Under the pieces are notes generated by a model. That model searched no databases, was not told the origin of the DNA, and was given only the letters and a program-made list of their open reading frames with translations. The position numbers and the translations under genes were made by a program. Positions 8,579-18,810 of a DNA stretch of 61,317 nt are shown piece by piece (within the stretch, counting starts at the first letter, position 1; the number at the start of each line of letters is the position of its first letter). The DNA is from Thermoplasmata archaeon (lineage in GTDB: Archaea > Thermoplasmatota > Thermoplasmata > RBG-16-68-12 > JAFNFQ01). The stretch is taken from the NCBI GenBank assembly GCA_041489255.1, contig JBGPQV010000017.1:1-61317 (forward strand). Reading direction: 5' to 3'.

Positions 8579-9619
8579 ATGAGCAGCATAATCAAGGTCG
8601 AGAAGCTCTCCAAGACCTTCGAATCGAAGGAGAGGAAGAAGGGGCAGCGCCGGAAGCTGAAGACGGTCCAGGCGCTAAAGGACGTCAGCTTCGAGATCGA
8701 CGAGAACGAGATCTTCGGCCTCCTTGGACCCAACGGCGCGGGCAAGACCACGCTCATCAAGTGCCTCACCACGCTCCTCCTGCCTTCATCAGGCAAGGCG
8801 TGGGTCAACGGCTACAGCGTGCTGGATGAGGAGGATTCGGTCAGAGCCTCGATCGGCTGCATGCTCATGGGCGACCGCGGGCTCTACTGGAAGCTCACCG
8901 GGCGGGAGAACCTGGATTACTTCGGCGCACTATACCATGTGCCCAAGGCGGTGAGGAGGGACCGCATCGACAAGCTCGCCGACCTCCTGCACGTCAAGGA
9001 CTTCATCGACAGGACGGTGGAGACCTATTCCTCCGGGCAGAAGATGCTCGTGGCCTTCGCCAAGTCCCTGATCAACGATGCGCCGATATTGATATTGGAC
9101 GAGCCGACCGTCACCCTCGATGTCCCGACGGCGAGGCAGCTCAGGACGATAGTCAAGGAGCTGAACGAGTCGGGCAAGGCGATCCTGTACACCACTCACC
9201 TCATGCACGAGGCCGAGGAACTCTGCAACCGTGTCGCGATAATGGACCACGGCGAGATCATCGCGTTCGGGACGCCATCAGAACTGAAGGCCTCCCTGGC
9301 CCTCGACGACACGCTGGACCTCGAGGGCGTCTTCCCGGCGAAAGCGGTCGAGGCGGTGCGCGCGCTGGGAGGGGTGACGCGGATCGCGATGAAGTCCACG
9401 AACGGCGGGAGAACCTCACTTTCCATCATCAGCAGAAGCGGCGGGACGATCCTGCCGCAGATCATCGAAGCCCTGATGCACAACGGGGCAACGATAGAGC
9501 AGCTGAGGCCCAAGACGGCGACGCTGGAGGACGTGTTCATCGCGAAGACGGGCAGGACGCTTGACGTCGACACCCGCCAGATTGTCGTGCAGCGAGGTGA
9601 GTCGGGTGGAGGGCCATAG
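8579..9619 (+). CDS. ABC-2 type exporter ATP-binding subunit
   Basis: GPNGAGKTT, YSSGQ, ILDEPT and TTH motifs. Confidence 0.93.
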   Translation: MSSIIKVEKLSKTFESKERKKGQRRKLKTVQALKDVSFEIDENEIFGLLGPNGAGKTTLIKCLTTLLLPSSGKAWVNGYSVLDEEDSVRASIGCMLMGDRGLYWKLTGRENLDYFGALYHVPKAVRRDRIDKLADLLHVKDFIDRTVETYSSGQKMLVAFAKSLINDAPILILDEPTVTLDVPTARQLRTIVKELNESGKAILYTTHLMHEAEELCNRVAIMDHGEIIAFGTPSELKASLALDDTLDLEGVFPAKAVEAVRALGGVTRIAMKSTNGGRTSLSIISRSGGTILPQIIEALMHNGATIEQLRPKTATLEDVFIAKTGRTLDVDTRQIVVQRGESGGGP

Positions 9620-10475
9620 TCACGGATTCGGCCTCGCGAGCCCGTCGTGGCGGGCGAACCTCGACGTCGTCGTGACGGTCCTCATCGCCAGGCTCAAAGT
9701 GATCAGCCGCTACAAGGGGTCGCTGGTCATGGAGATGTTCTTGCCGGTCGTCTTCGCCGCGATGCCGATCCTCCTCGGCGTGGCGGTGGGGGGCGCGAAC
9801 GCGGGCCAGTACTTCCAGGCGAACACCGGCACGTCGAACTTCAAGCTCTACATGCTCATCGGCGCCTGCACGTTCTCAGTGGTCTCGATAATGCTGTGGC
9901 TGGTCGGCTACTGGATCAGGAGGGAGCAGGAGACCGGGACACTTGAGAGCATATATCTCGCCCCGGCCAGGCAGGTCTACGTCCTGACCGGCGTGACCAT
10001 CTATTCCCTGCTGAGGGCTTTGCTGGCCTTCGTGGTCTCTCTGGTCATAGGCTCCCTCGTCTTCGGGGTGAACCTCCTCGAGGGAAATGTACTCGGGGCA
10101 ATAGGCATCCTGATGCTCGGCATGCTGCCGCTCTGGGGTCTCAGCATGCTCTTCGGCGCTTTCATCATGAGGGTGAAGGAGGCGAACTCGATCATCAACG
10201 TCATGACTTGGGTGGTCTCGTTCCTGATGGGGGTGTTCTTCCCAATAACGATGTTCCCCCCGCTGCTGCGGTGGGCCGCGGCGATCTTCCCGCCAACGGT
10301 CATGAACGATGCGATGAGGGCATCCATGCTGAACCTCTCGACATTCTTCGGCTCGTGGTACATCTCCCTGGCGGTGATGTTCGCAGCCGCCTTGACGGTC
10401 CCGCTCGTCGGTTACGGGGTTTTCACGTTCACGGGGAGGAGCGTGAGGAGGAAGGAGGGGGTGGGACAGTACTGA
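9606..10475 (+). CDS. ABC-2 type permease
   Basis: About 6 TM helices, REQETGTLE and GVFFP; GAGGTGA RBS before GTG. Confidence 0.9.
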   Translation: MEGHSHGFGLASPSWRANLDVVVTVLIARLKVISRYKGSLVMEMFLPVVFAAMPILLGVAVGGANAGQYFQANTGTSNFKLYMLIGACTFSVVSIMLWLVGYWIRREQETGTLESIYLAPARQVYVLTGVTIYSLLRALLAFVVSLVIGSLVFGVNLLEGNVLGAIGILMLGMLPLWGLSMLFGAFIMRVKEANSIINVMTWVVSFLMGVFFPITMFPPLLRWAAAIFPPTVMNDAMRASMLNLSTFFGSWYISLAVMFAAALTVPLVGYGVFTFTGRSVRRKEGVGQY

Positions 10476-11353
10476 GCAAGGAGACTGTCCACAAGGGCTT
10501 CGGGCTGTCGATCGACACGTTCAACCAGAGGGTGCACACCTTCCTCGACATGTCCTGGAAGACGATAATCGAGTACTCCAGGTACCCCGTCGCGTTCATC
10601 GCGATGTTCGCCCAGATCTTCCTCATAGTCTTCATGTTCATCTTCGCGACGATGGCGTTCAGGGCCCCGGGCGAGGGGCTGTCGAACCAGACGACGTTCG
10701 CCGGCGTCATGATTTACGGCACGGTGACGAATCTACTCTTGAGCTTCACCCTCTGGGACGTCGGTTTCTCCATCAGAGAGGAACAGGTCAGGGGGACGCT
10801 CGAGAGCCTCTATCTCTCTCCCGCCAGGAAGTTCGCGAACCTCGTGTCGAGGGTCTTCGTCGTGCTCCTGTGGACCGGCATCATGTGCGTGTTCGCCGTC
10901 CTGGTGGTCGCCGCCGTGGTCGGCGGTCTCCCATTCGACAACGCCCTGCTTGCGGCGGTCGTGCTCGGCTTCAGCATCTCCGGGTTCCTGGGCATCGGGT
11001 TCATCTTCGCCGGCCTGACCATCAAGCTGAAGGAGAGCGCGCAACTCCTCGTCAACGGAGTCCAGTTCTTCTTCATGATATTCTCGGCGCAGTTCTTCCC
11101 GTTCGCCGCCTTGCGCTCCATTTCTCCCGCCATCGTGGACTACGTGAGCGTGTGGCTCCCGGTGAGCTACTGTGTCGACGCATTCAGGTCCTTGCTCGTC
11201 GGACTCCCAGCCGGATACCCAGAGCTCGCGCCCCTGAGCGTGGAGATACCAATCGTCGTCGCTTTCGGGGTGATCTCGCCAATCGTGGGATATCTCATCT
11301 ACAAGCGCGCAGAACGCTCGGCGAGGCGCAAGGGCAACCTCGGGGAGTACTGA
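10472..11353 (+). CDS. ABC-2 type permease
   Basis: About 6 TM helices and REEQVRGTLE. Start is uncertain (CTG 10472, GTG 10532 or ATG 10550). Confidence 0.88.
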   Translation: MSKETVHKGFGLSIDTFNQRVHTFLDMSWKTIIEYSRYPVAFIAMFAQIFLIVFMFIFATMAFRAPGEGLSNQTTFAGVMIYGTVTNLLLSFTLWDVGFSIREEQVRGTLESLYLSPARKFANLVSRVFVVLLWTGIMCVFAVLVVAAVVGGLPFDNALLAAVVLGFSISGFLGIGFIFAGLTIKLKESAQLLVNGVQFFFMIFSAQFFPFAALRSISPAIVDYVSVWLPVSYCVDAFRSLLVGLPAGYPELAPLSVEIPIVVAFGVISPIVGYLIYKRAERSARRKGNLGEY

Positions 11354-11413
11354 GGTTCGTCAAGGCAACATTATTTATCGAGTCGTTCCTTCGTGAACCG
11401 AAGGTGGGCGAAG

Positions 11414-12874
11414 TTGTCTGAAGCATTCAAGGGCACGCTGAACAAGCTCGACGATTTTCGATACGAGATTCCGCGGAGCTACAAGCCGCAGATGAGGACC
11501 ACCGGCATCATCTTCGCGGACGAGAAGATGCTCCCGCACATCAAGGGCGACAACGCCCCCGACCAGGTGGCCAATGTCGCGACGATGCCCGGGATCGTCG
11601 GCAGTTCACTGGCTATGCCGGACATCCACTGGGGCTACGGATTCCCGGTTGGCGGCGTGGCGGCATTCGACATCAACGAGGGAGTAATCTCCCCTGGCGG
11701 GATCGGCTACGACATCAACTGCGGTGTTCGCCTTGTCAGGACAGACCTGGAGCTGAAGGATGTCCAGCCCAGAGTCAAGGACCTCATCGACGCGATGTTC
11801 GTCAACGTCCCGAGCGGCGTCGGCTCGGAGGGAAAGGTGAGGTTGTCCCGGGGCGACCTCTCGCGGGTGATGCAGGAGGGCGCGAACTGGGCGGTGGAGA
11901 AGGGCTACGGATGGAAAGAGGACATCGAACGCATCGAGGCGAGAGGCTGCCTATCCGATGCGGACCCGGGCCTGGTCAGTCAGAAGGCGGCAACGCGCGG
12001 AGTGCCCCAGCTAGGGAGCCTCGGCGCGGGGAACCACTTCCTCGAGGTGCAGCGGGTGGACAAGATCTATGCGCCGGAGGCGGGGAAGGCGATGGGCATC
12101 GACCACGAGGGGCAGATCACCGTCATGATCCACACGGGCAGCAGGGGCTTCGGACATCAGATCGCCACTGACTACATCGCCGAGCACGAGAGGGCGGTGA
12201 GGAAGTACAACATATCCCTGCCGGACATGCAGCTCGCCTGCGCGCCGATCGGCAGCAAGGAAGGCGACAGCTACTGGAAGGCGATGTGCTGCGCAGCGAA
12301 CTTCGCGTGGACCAACCGGCAGATGATCGTGCACTGGGTGAGACAGAGCTTCGAGAAGGTATTCAGCACCAGCGCGGACTCCATGGGCATGAAGATCGTC
12401 TACGATGTGTGTCACAACATAGGCAAGGTCGAGGAGCACACCGTTGACGGGCAGAAGAGAAAGGTCGTGGTGCACAGGAAAGGCGCCACCAGGGCATTCC
12501 CGCCAGGGCATCCCGAGACGCCGAGCATGTACAAGAGCGTCGGCCAGCCCGTTCTCATCCCAGGCGACATGGGCTCATGCTCGTTCGTCCTGGTCGGCTT
12601 GCCCGACTCCATGGAGTATTCATTCGGGTCGTCCTGTCACGGAGCAGGGCGGGCGATGTCCAGGACAGCTGCAACCAGGAAATACAGAGCCGCCGATGTT
12701 GAACGCGCTCTCCGTGAGAAAGGAATCTATATCAAGGCGGCGAGCAAGGCGGGCATAGTCGAGGAGGCGCCAGGCGCGTACAAGAATGTCGAGGATGTCG
12801 TCAGGATCGCCGAGGGAGCGGGGCTGACCAAGATAGTCGCGCGCCTCGTGCCCATCGGAGTGATGAAAGGTTGA
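11414..12874 (+). CDS. rtcB: RNA-splicing ligase RtcB
   Basis: MPDIHWGYGFPVG, DINCG, GNHFLE, HTGSRG, HRKGAT and HGAGR motifs. Confidence 0.97.
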   Translation: MSEAFKGTLNKLDDFRYEIPRSYKPQMRTTGIIFADEKMLPHIKGDNAPDQVANVATMPGIVGSSLAMPDIHWGYGFPVGGVAAFDINEGVISPGGIGYDINCGVRLVRTDLELKDVQPRVKDLIDAMFVNVPSGVGSEGKVRLSRGDLSRVMQEGANWAVEKGYGWKEDIERIEARGCLSDADPGLVSQKAATRGVPQLGSLGAGNHFLEVQRVDKIYAPEAGKAMGIDHEGQITVMIHTGSRGFGHQIATDYIAEHERAVRKYNISLPDMQLACAPIGSKEGDSYWKAMCCAANFAWTNRQMIVHWVRQSFEKVFSTSADSMGMKIVYDVCHNIGKVEEHTVDGQKRKVVVHRKGATRAFPPGHPETPSMYKSVGQPVLIPGDMGSCSFVLVGLPDSMEYSFGSSCHGAGRAMSRTAATRKYRAADVERALREKGIYIKAASKAGIVEEAPGAYKNVEDVVRIAEGAGLTKIVARLVPIGVMKG

Positions 12875-13383
12875 GGTTGCTGATCCAGCCGTTCGGCAAC
12901 GTGCCGGTGGACATCATCGATGCCCTCGCTGCCAGCCTCTCGATATTCGACATGGAGATCGAGATCCGGAATTCCATCAGCATACCCAGAGACTCCTATG
13001 ACACCAAGCGGGGACAGTATCTAGCTGACGCGTTCGGGGGGGCGTGCGCACAGGCGGACGCCGACAGGGTCCTCGGCGTGGCGGCGGTGGACATTTTCGC
13101 CGAGCCGCTCAAGTTCGTCTTCGGACAGGCAGAGGTCGGCGGCAGAGCCGCGGTGATATCGATAGCCCGCCTCGCGCACCGTGACCGAGCGAAATTCGGA
13201 CAGCGGGTAGCCAAGGAGGCGATACATGAGCTCGGCCACACGTTCGGCCTGACTCACTGCACAGATCCTAAGTGCGTGATGTCATTCTCCAACTCACTCG
13301 ATGATACGGACCACAAGGGGACAGGATACTGCGATTCCTGCCTAGATGCAATCCCTACAGCTTTGAGGCCGAGACGAAAGTAG
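12871..13383 (+). CDS. amzA: Archaemetzincin (M54 Zn metalloprotease)
   Basis: HELGHTFGLTHC...CVMSFS...CDSC motif. Confidence 0.92.
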   Translation: MRLLIQPFGNVPVDIIDALAASLSIFDMEIEIRNSISIPRDSYDTKRGQYLADAFGGACAQADADRVLGVAAVDIFAEPLKFVFGQAEVGGRAAVISIARLAHRDRAKFGQRVAKEAIHELGHTFGLTHCTDPKCVMSFSNSLDDTDHKGTGYCDSCLDAIPTALRPRRK

Positions 13384-14095
13384 CCTGGATCCTGTTGAGC
13401 AGTTCCTCGCCAGGTATCCCTGCCAGGATGCTCTCCATCTTCTTCACTCCCGCCTCGTATTCCTCTGGCGGTATCAGATCGAATGTCGAGATGTACTTGT
13501 GCCGGATCTTCTCCATGTAGGCTTCCTTCGATAACCTCTCCTCCACGAGAATCCTCCGCGCGCGCACGCGGTCGAAACCCGCCAGGATGCACGCGCCCTC
13601 CAAGTCCTCGATCGGCGGGAAGCGCTCGAAGTCCGCCTCGATGACGCCGGGGAATGCCTGGTCTATCAGTGTGGGCAGCCTGCGGTACATGTCCGTCGTC
13701 ACGATGATGAGTTTGGGGCAGATCCTGGAGATTTCCTCAATGACCGCGTTGAAGTCAGGCACCTGGTGCATCACGTAAGCGAGGAAGACGCAGTCGACGT
13801 GCTTCGGCTTGAACGGCGTCCTCATGATGTCGCCCTGCACCCACCTGACCTTCCTGCTTTTCGCGATGCCCTTCTGTATCATCTCGCCCGAGCAGTCGAG
13901 GGCGGTGACCTTGTAGCGTTCCGACAGCGCGAGGGCGAACCTGCCTGTCCCCGCCCCGCCATCGAGGATCCTCTCACCGCCGATCAGCTCCGCCATGTCA
14001 TCGAATGTGGACATGTACCTGCTGAGGACTTCCTTGGGGAAGACCCTGTACCGGTCGTACTCCTCCGACGTCCTCGCGCTGTATTCCGGCCTCAC
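13355..14095 (-). CDS. Class I SAM-dependent methyltransferase
   Basis: ILDGGAGTG motif I; ALDCSGEMI. Confidence 0.85.
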   Translation of the reverse strand: MRPEYSARTSEEYDRYRVFPKEVLSRYMSTFDDMAELIGGERILDGGAGTGRFALALSERYKVTALDCSGEMIQKGIAKSRKVRWVQGDIMRTPFKPKHVDCVFLAYVMHQVPDFNAVIEEISRICPKLIIVTTDMYRRLPTLIDQAFPGVIEADFERFPPIEDLEGACILAGFDRVRARRILVEERLSKEAYMEKIRHKYISTFDLIPPEEYEAGVKKMESILAGIPGEELLNRIQATFVSASKL

Positions 14096-14156
14096 CGTCC
14101 GGGCGATATGGACGAAGGCTTAAGTCTTTGACGGATGGATTAGGGGCCGTGATTCC

Positions 14157-14462
14157 ATGCTCGCGGAGTTCAGCGTCACCCCCATAGGTGCGGGAGTGAG
14201 CGTCGGCAAGTACGTGGCGGAGTGCCTGAAGATCGTAGACGAGAGCGGCCTGGACTACAAGATCAACCCGATGGGCACCGTGGTGGAGGGCGACTTCGAC
14301 GAGGTCATGGCCCTCATCGCCAAGTGCCACAGGGCTGTCCGGAGGAGATGCAAGCGGGTCTCCACAATCATCAAGATCGACGATCGGGCGGGTGCGAAGG
14401 GCGCTTTGACGAAGAAGGTCGCCAGAATCGAGCACATCCTTCGCAGGAAGCTCAAGACCTAG
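14157..14462 (+). CDS. MTH1187/YkoF-like thiamine-binding protein
   Basis: AEFSVTPIG...SGLDY...PMGTVVEGD...IKIDDR. Confidence 0.9.
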   Translation: MLAEFSVTPIGAGVSVGKYVAECLKIVDESGLDYKINPMGTVVEGDFDEVMALIAKCHRAVRRRCKRVSTIIKIDDRAGAKGALTKKVARIEHILRRKLKT

Positions 14463-14465
14463 ACT

Positions 14466-15719
14466 CTAGCCGGTGCCCGCGGGCTTCTCCCTGAAGGGAA
14501 TGAACAAGACCAGTGCTGTGGCCGCGAGGGCCGCTCCGAAAAGGAACGTGTACTGCGAACTGAAACCCCAGAGGATGCCCGCAATGATGCTCGACGGGAG
14601 CTTCGCGAGGCCCACGCTCGTGTGATATGTGCCCATGGCGGTGCCCTTGAGTTCCGACGAGGCGAGGTCCGCGACGAGCGCTCTCTGCGGGCCCTCGACG
14701 AAGCCGTAGACGAGTCCGTAGACCACGAACAAGCCCGCGAGGAGGTACATGTCGTTCACGAAGATGAGAGAAACACAGAGTGCCGCAAACAGGAGGTACC
14801 CTGTCGATATCACACGCTTCCTGCCGATTCTGTCGGAGAGCGTGCCGGTCAGGAAAGCCGTGATGGCGTACACGATGTTGTACAGAAGGTAGAAGAGTAT
14901 TGCCATCACCAGGCTTCCCGTGACGGCCTGGACCTTCAGCAGGAAGAAGGAATAGGAGAAGTTCGCGAGAGAGAACACCGTCGCGACGACCATGAAGGAT
15001 CTCAGCCTCGGCGGTGGATGGAGTATGCTGGCGCCGAGCGGCTTGAGCTTCCTCGCGGCCCTCTTCTTCTCACGGACGAACAGGGTCACGATGAAAGCCG
15101 CGGCGGCTGGCAATGCGGCGACGAGGAAGATGAAACGGTAGACGTCGCCCGGCACTGTCCCCCCGGAGAGGCTCGCAGAGGCCAGAGTGAACAGGAAAAT
15201 CAGCGCGATGATCGGGCCGAGGATGGCACCGGAGGTGTCCATCGCCCTGTGAAATCCGAAAGCCTTCCCCACAGTCTCCGGATGCGTCGACTCGGCGATT
15301 ATCGCGTCCCTCGGCGGGTTGCGGACGCCCTTGCCCATCCTTTCGACGACCCTTGCTGTCACATATTGAGGCCAGCTGACGATGAAGGCGAACGCCGTCT
15401 TCAACGCGAATGAAAAGCCGTAGCCGAAGGAGACGAAGGCCTTCCTTTTCCCCGTCTTGTCCGAGTAGTATCCGGAGGCTATCTGCACGAAAGAGACCGT
15501 GCTCTCCGCCAGGCCGTCCACGAGGCCCAGGATGGCGTAGTCGGCGCCGGGGAGCGTCAGGAAGAAGAACGGGAGTATAGGCAGGATCATCTCGGAGCTG
15601 ACGTCGGTCAGGAAACTCGCGACCGCCAGCAGGATGATGTTCAGGGTCAGTCCGTAGAGCAAGCCGCGCTTCGCCGCCAAGGTCCCGACACCTCGTCTGC
15701 CGACTCGATTGGAGAGCAT
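14466..15719 (-). CDS. MFS transporter
   Basis: About 12 TM helices; SDKTGKRK, GKGVRNPPRDA and AFGFHRAMD motifs. Confidence 0.9.
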   Translation of the reverse strand: MLSNRVGRRGVGTLAAKRGLLYGLTLNIILLAVASFLTDVSSEMILPILPFFFLTLPGADYAILGLVDGLAESTVSFVQIASGYYSDKTGKRKAFVSFGYGFSFALKTAFAFIVSWPQYVTARVVERMGKGVRNPPRDAIIAESTHPETVGKAFGFHRAMDTSGAILGPIIALIFLFTLASASLSGGTVPGDVYRFIFLVAALPAAAAFIVTLFVREKKRAARKLKPLGASILHPPPRLRSFMVVATVFSLANFSYSFFLLKVQAVTGSLVMAILFYLLYNIVYAITAFLTGTLSDRIGRKRVISTGYLLFAALCVSLIFVNDMYLLAGLFVVYGLVYGFVEGPQRALVADLASSELKGTAMGTYHTSVGLAKLPSSIIAGILWGFSSQYTFLFGAALAATALVLFIPFREKPAGTG

Positions 15720-15810
15720 ATGCCGCCGAAGATAATAAGCCTCTCAGAATCCGGAGGTCACCGGACCCGTGCGGGGAAACTTGAAATACACCCGCCCTGA
15801 TGAGCGGGCG

Positions 15811-17250
15811 ATGATTTCTCAGGAGGAAATGAGGGTCCTAGACAGGAACTGCGAGTTCTTCGGAATCCCCATACAGGGGCTCATGGAGAACGCCGGCCGC
15901 GCGGTGGCGGAGGCGGTCCTCAAGAAGTTCGACGGGAAGGGCAAGACCGTCCTGATCGTGTGCGGGACCGGCAACAACGGCGGGGACGGACTCACAGCAG
16001 CCCGCTATCTGAAGAACGATTCCAAGGTCATCATCGTCCTCGCCCGGAGCGCCGAGAAGCTCGCGACGAAGCAGGCAAAAGATGCTTATTCCAAGGTGAA
16101 GGGGCAGGTGGACATAATCGAGGATCCAGCGGGCTTCGAGGAGTTGCTTGCAGGCGCTGACATCGTGGTCGACGCTCTCCTCGGCATCGGGATGCGCGGG
16201 GAGATCCAGGAACCGTACGCTTCCATGATAAGGAAGATCAACTCCAGCGGCAAACCGATCCTTTCGGTTGATGTGCCGAGCGGGCTCGGTGCGAACGTCA
16301 TGGTCAAGCCCACCGCCACAGTGGCCTTGCACGATGTGAAAGTCGGCATGACTCCGGAGAACTCCGGCGAGATAATCGTCTCCGACATCGGCATCCCCCG
16401 TGAGATCAACAGTCGTGTCGGTCCGGGGGAGTTCCTCTACTACCCGAGGAAGAAAGAAGGATCGCACAAGGGAGACAACGGCCGGCTGCTCGTTGTTGGC
16501 GGGGGACCGTTCACGGGCGCTCCCGCATTCGTCGGGCTTGCGGCCTACAGGATAGGGGTCGACGTCGTTCACATAGCGACTCCCGCGCTCGCCTACTCGA
16601 TAATCGCGTCCTTCTCCCCGAACTTTATAGTGCACCAGTTGGCGGGAACCAGGCTGCTGCGAGCGGACATCTCGCAGATCCTCGAAATCGCTTCCTCGAT
16701 GGACGCGATCGTCATTGGTCCGGGACTTGGCAGCACGGACTCCACCCTCGATGCTGTCCGCGAACTCGTCAAGGCGGTGCACATCTCGCTCGTCATTGAC
16801 GCGGACGCAATAACCGCCGTGTCCAAGGACCTAAACTTACTCAAGGGGAAGAAGGGGGTCATCACGCCGCACGCCCGCGAGTACCAGACCTTGAGCGGCG
16901 AGAGGTTGAGCGACGACCTGGCGCAGAGGTCCGAGGCCGTGAAGGCCTTTGCGAAGCGCGTCGGGTTCACGATTCTGCTCAAGGGTCCCACTGACATCAT
17001 CACCGATGGCGAGAGACTGAAGTACAACGTCACGCACAATGCCGGGATGACGGTTGGCGGGACCGGGGACTCCCTCGCGGGGATCACCGGAGGTCTGCTT
17101 GCGAAACACGTCAGGCCGTTCGAGGCGGCGAGGATCGCGGCCTTCACCAATGGCCACGCCGGGAACCTGGCATTCAAGGAGAAGAGCTACGGGATGATGA
17201 CATCGGACATGATCGAGAAAATCCCGAGCGTCCTCGTCGAGTTCCTCTAA
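15811..17250 (+). CDS. nnr: Bifunctional NAD(P)HX epimerase/dehydratase
   Basis: LMENAG, GNNGGDG and VDVPSG (NnrE) plus HKG, GPGLG, TPH and GGTGD (NnrD). Confidence 0.94.
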   Translation: MISQEEMRVLDRNCEFFGIPIQGLMENAGRAVAEAVLKKFDGKGKTVLIVCGTGNNGGDGLTAARYLKNDSKVIIVLARSAEKLATKQAKDAYSKVKGQVDIIEDPAGFEELLAGADIVVDALLGIGMRGEIQEPYASMIRKINSSGKPILSVDVPSGLGANVMVKPTATVALHDVKVGMTPENSGEIIVSDIGIPREINSRVGPGEFLYYPRKKEGSHKGDNGRLLVVGGGPFTGAPAFVGLAAYRIGVDVVHIATPALAYSIIASFSPNFIVHQLAGTRLLRADISQILEIASSMDAIVIGPGLGSTDSTLDAVRELVKAVHISLVIDADAITAVSKDLNLLKGKKGVITPHAREYQTLSGERLSDDLAQRSEAVKAFAKRVGFTILLKGPTDIITDGERLKYNVTHNAGMTVGGTGDSLAGITGGLLAKHVRPFEAARIAAFTNGHAGNLAFKEKSYGMMTSDMIEKIPSVLVEFL

Positions 17251-17300
17251 TCCGCCATCGCTTTGAAAAACGCTAAGAACCGCCGAGGTGTTCGAGTATC

Positions 17301-18074
17301 GTGCGAATGGAACCTGTCCCCGACGAGCCCGCAATTCTCGTCGACGGGAGCATACTGGTGGTCGCGGATCTTCACATAGGGATCGAAGCGGAGCTGAACC
17401 TGGCGGGGATCTTCCTCCCGAGCCAGACCGACAAGATGGCCCAGAGGATCGTGCGCATCGCCGATGAAGTCGACGCAAAGAAGCTCGTCGTCCTAGGTGA
17501 TGTGAAGCATTACATTCCCGCCACCGCCGCCCTCGAGAGGAGGGATCTGCCGCGCTTCTTCGAGGCGGTCCTGGGATCGTTCAAAGAGGTCCATGTGGCG
17601 GTAGGAAATCACGATGCCCGCCTCAGACCGCACGTGCCGAAACAGGTCAAGTTCCACCGCCCGGGCGGGTTCACCCTCGGTCAGGCCGGCTTCGTCCACG
17701 GCCACGAGTGGCCTTTTCCATCCGCGGCGGGGTGCAGGACCCTCTTCATGGGCCACAACCATCCGGCGATTGCTATGGTCGACGAGCTTGGCGCGAGGAG
17801 TTTCAGGCCCTGTTGGGTCAGGTTCAAGTTCAGGAAGCACGTGAAGGGTCACCCCGTCATGCCACGCGAAGGAATCCTCGTCCCATCGTTCAACGAGCTT
17901 TGCGGTGGCGTGGCGGTGAATGATGTCGGAACGAGGCTGCTCGGACCGCTCATCACCGATGGCGTGGCGGATCTTGCGGGGGCCAACGTCCACCTGCTTG
18001 ACGGGACCTACCTGGGCCGCCTGCGCGATCTGAAAGTGGACATGGGATTGAAACCGCGCGACTTCAGGCAGTGA
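17301..18074 (+). CDS. Metallophosphoesterase (calcineurin-like)
   Basis: DLH, GD, GNHD, HGH and GHNHP motifs. Confidence 0.9.
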   Translation: MRMEPVPDEPAILVDGSILVVADLHIGIEAELNLAGIFLPSQTDKMAQRIVRIADEVDAKKLVVLGDVKHYIPATAALERRDLPRFFEAVLGSFKEVHVAVGNHDARLRPHVPKQVKFHRPGGFTLGQAGFVHGHEWPFPSAAGCRTLFMGHNHPAIAMVDELGARSFRPCWVRFKFRKHVKGHPVMPREGILVPSFNELCGGVAVNDVGTRLLGPLITDGVADLAGANVHLLDGTYLGRLRDLKVDMGLKPRDFRQ

Positions 18075-18085
18075 GCATTCCGCGG

Positions 18086-18097
18086 GAAAGCTTAAAG
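18086..18097 (+). promoter_or_regulatory. BRE/TATA promoter of tRNA-Val(TAC)
   Basis: GAAAG-CTTAAAG about 25 nt before the tRNA. Confidence 0.6.
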
Positions 18098-18122
18098 GCC
18101 GGCTCATGGTTCGTGCGGCAAC

Positions 18123-18223
18123 GGGCCTGTGGTCTAGTGGCTAGAGCCGCCGAATTGGCGGTTCCCACATATGACGTCACCCTTACAAGGTGAAGGTCGT
18201 CGGTTCGAATCCGACCAGGCCCA
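18123..18223 (+). tRNA. tRNA-Val(TAC) with a 28-nt D-loop intron (18143-18170)
   Basis: Removing 18143-18170 gives a 73-nt cloverleaf collinear with tRNA-Val(CAC). The BHB consists of a GTGG/CCAC helix with CTA and ATA bulges. Confidence 0.93.
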
Positions 18224-18225
18224 TT

Positions 18226-18810
18226 TCACTTCTTAGGTTCGAGTCCGGGTTCTTCCTTCCGAGCGCTTCGTGCTTCCTGTCTTTGAAGTTCGGCTCTCCT
18301 TTCGAGGAGGTCGTGCCACTCCCTCGTCTCCTTCCTCAGCTGCTCCAGCTCCAGTCTGAGTTCTTCGCTGGGAACCACTCTCTCGGAGAGAGCCCTGCCG
18401 ACCACCGCTCCCAGCAACAGCACAGGGAACGACAGAACTACGAATAGCAGAATCCTCTGCGCGATGTAGATCTCCAGGACCTCGCCGGGCGCAACTGCGG
18501 GCGCTGCCGAGGCGACTCCCGCCAGAATCGGGCTCATGATGAAGGCCGTCACGAGGACCGATGATGAAATCACGATGACGAGAGTGCCCGCTGCGACAGA
18601 CCTCAGGTCGCGCTCGGACAGCATGAACCCGAAAAGTACCCCCACGAGGAGCGGCGTCAAGATGAGGATGGTGCCCGTCTCGGTGATCGAAAAAGGAACA
18701 TAACCCGGGAAGAATGCGAGGATGAAGAATGCCGCAACGGGAATTGAGCCCGCCAGCGAATACATCATCACCTCGAGGAAGGCCCACAGGCGCGGTTTGA
18801 GCTCAGCCAA
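18226..18810 (-). CDS. Four-TM membrane protein with C-terminal coiled coil
   Basis: GGAGGTGG RBS and TTG start; last gene of the Opp-like operon. Confidence 0.8.
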   Translation of the reverse strand: MAELKPRLWAFLEVMMYSLAGSIPVAAFFILAFFPGYVPFSITETGTILILTPLLVGVLFGFMLSERDLRSVAAGTLVIVISSSVLVTAFIMSPILAGVASAAPAVAPGEVLEIYIAQRILLFVVLSFPVLLLGAVVGRALSERVVPSEELRLELEQLRKETREWHDLLERRAELQRQEARSARKEEPGLEPKK

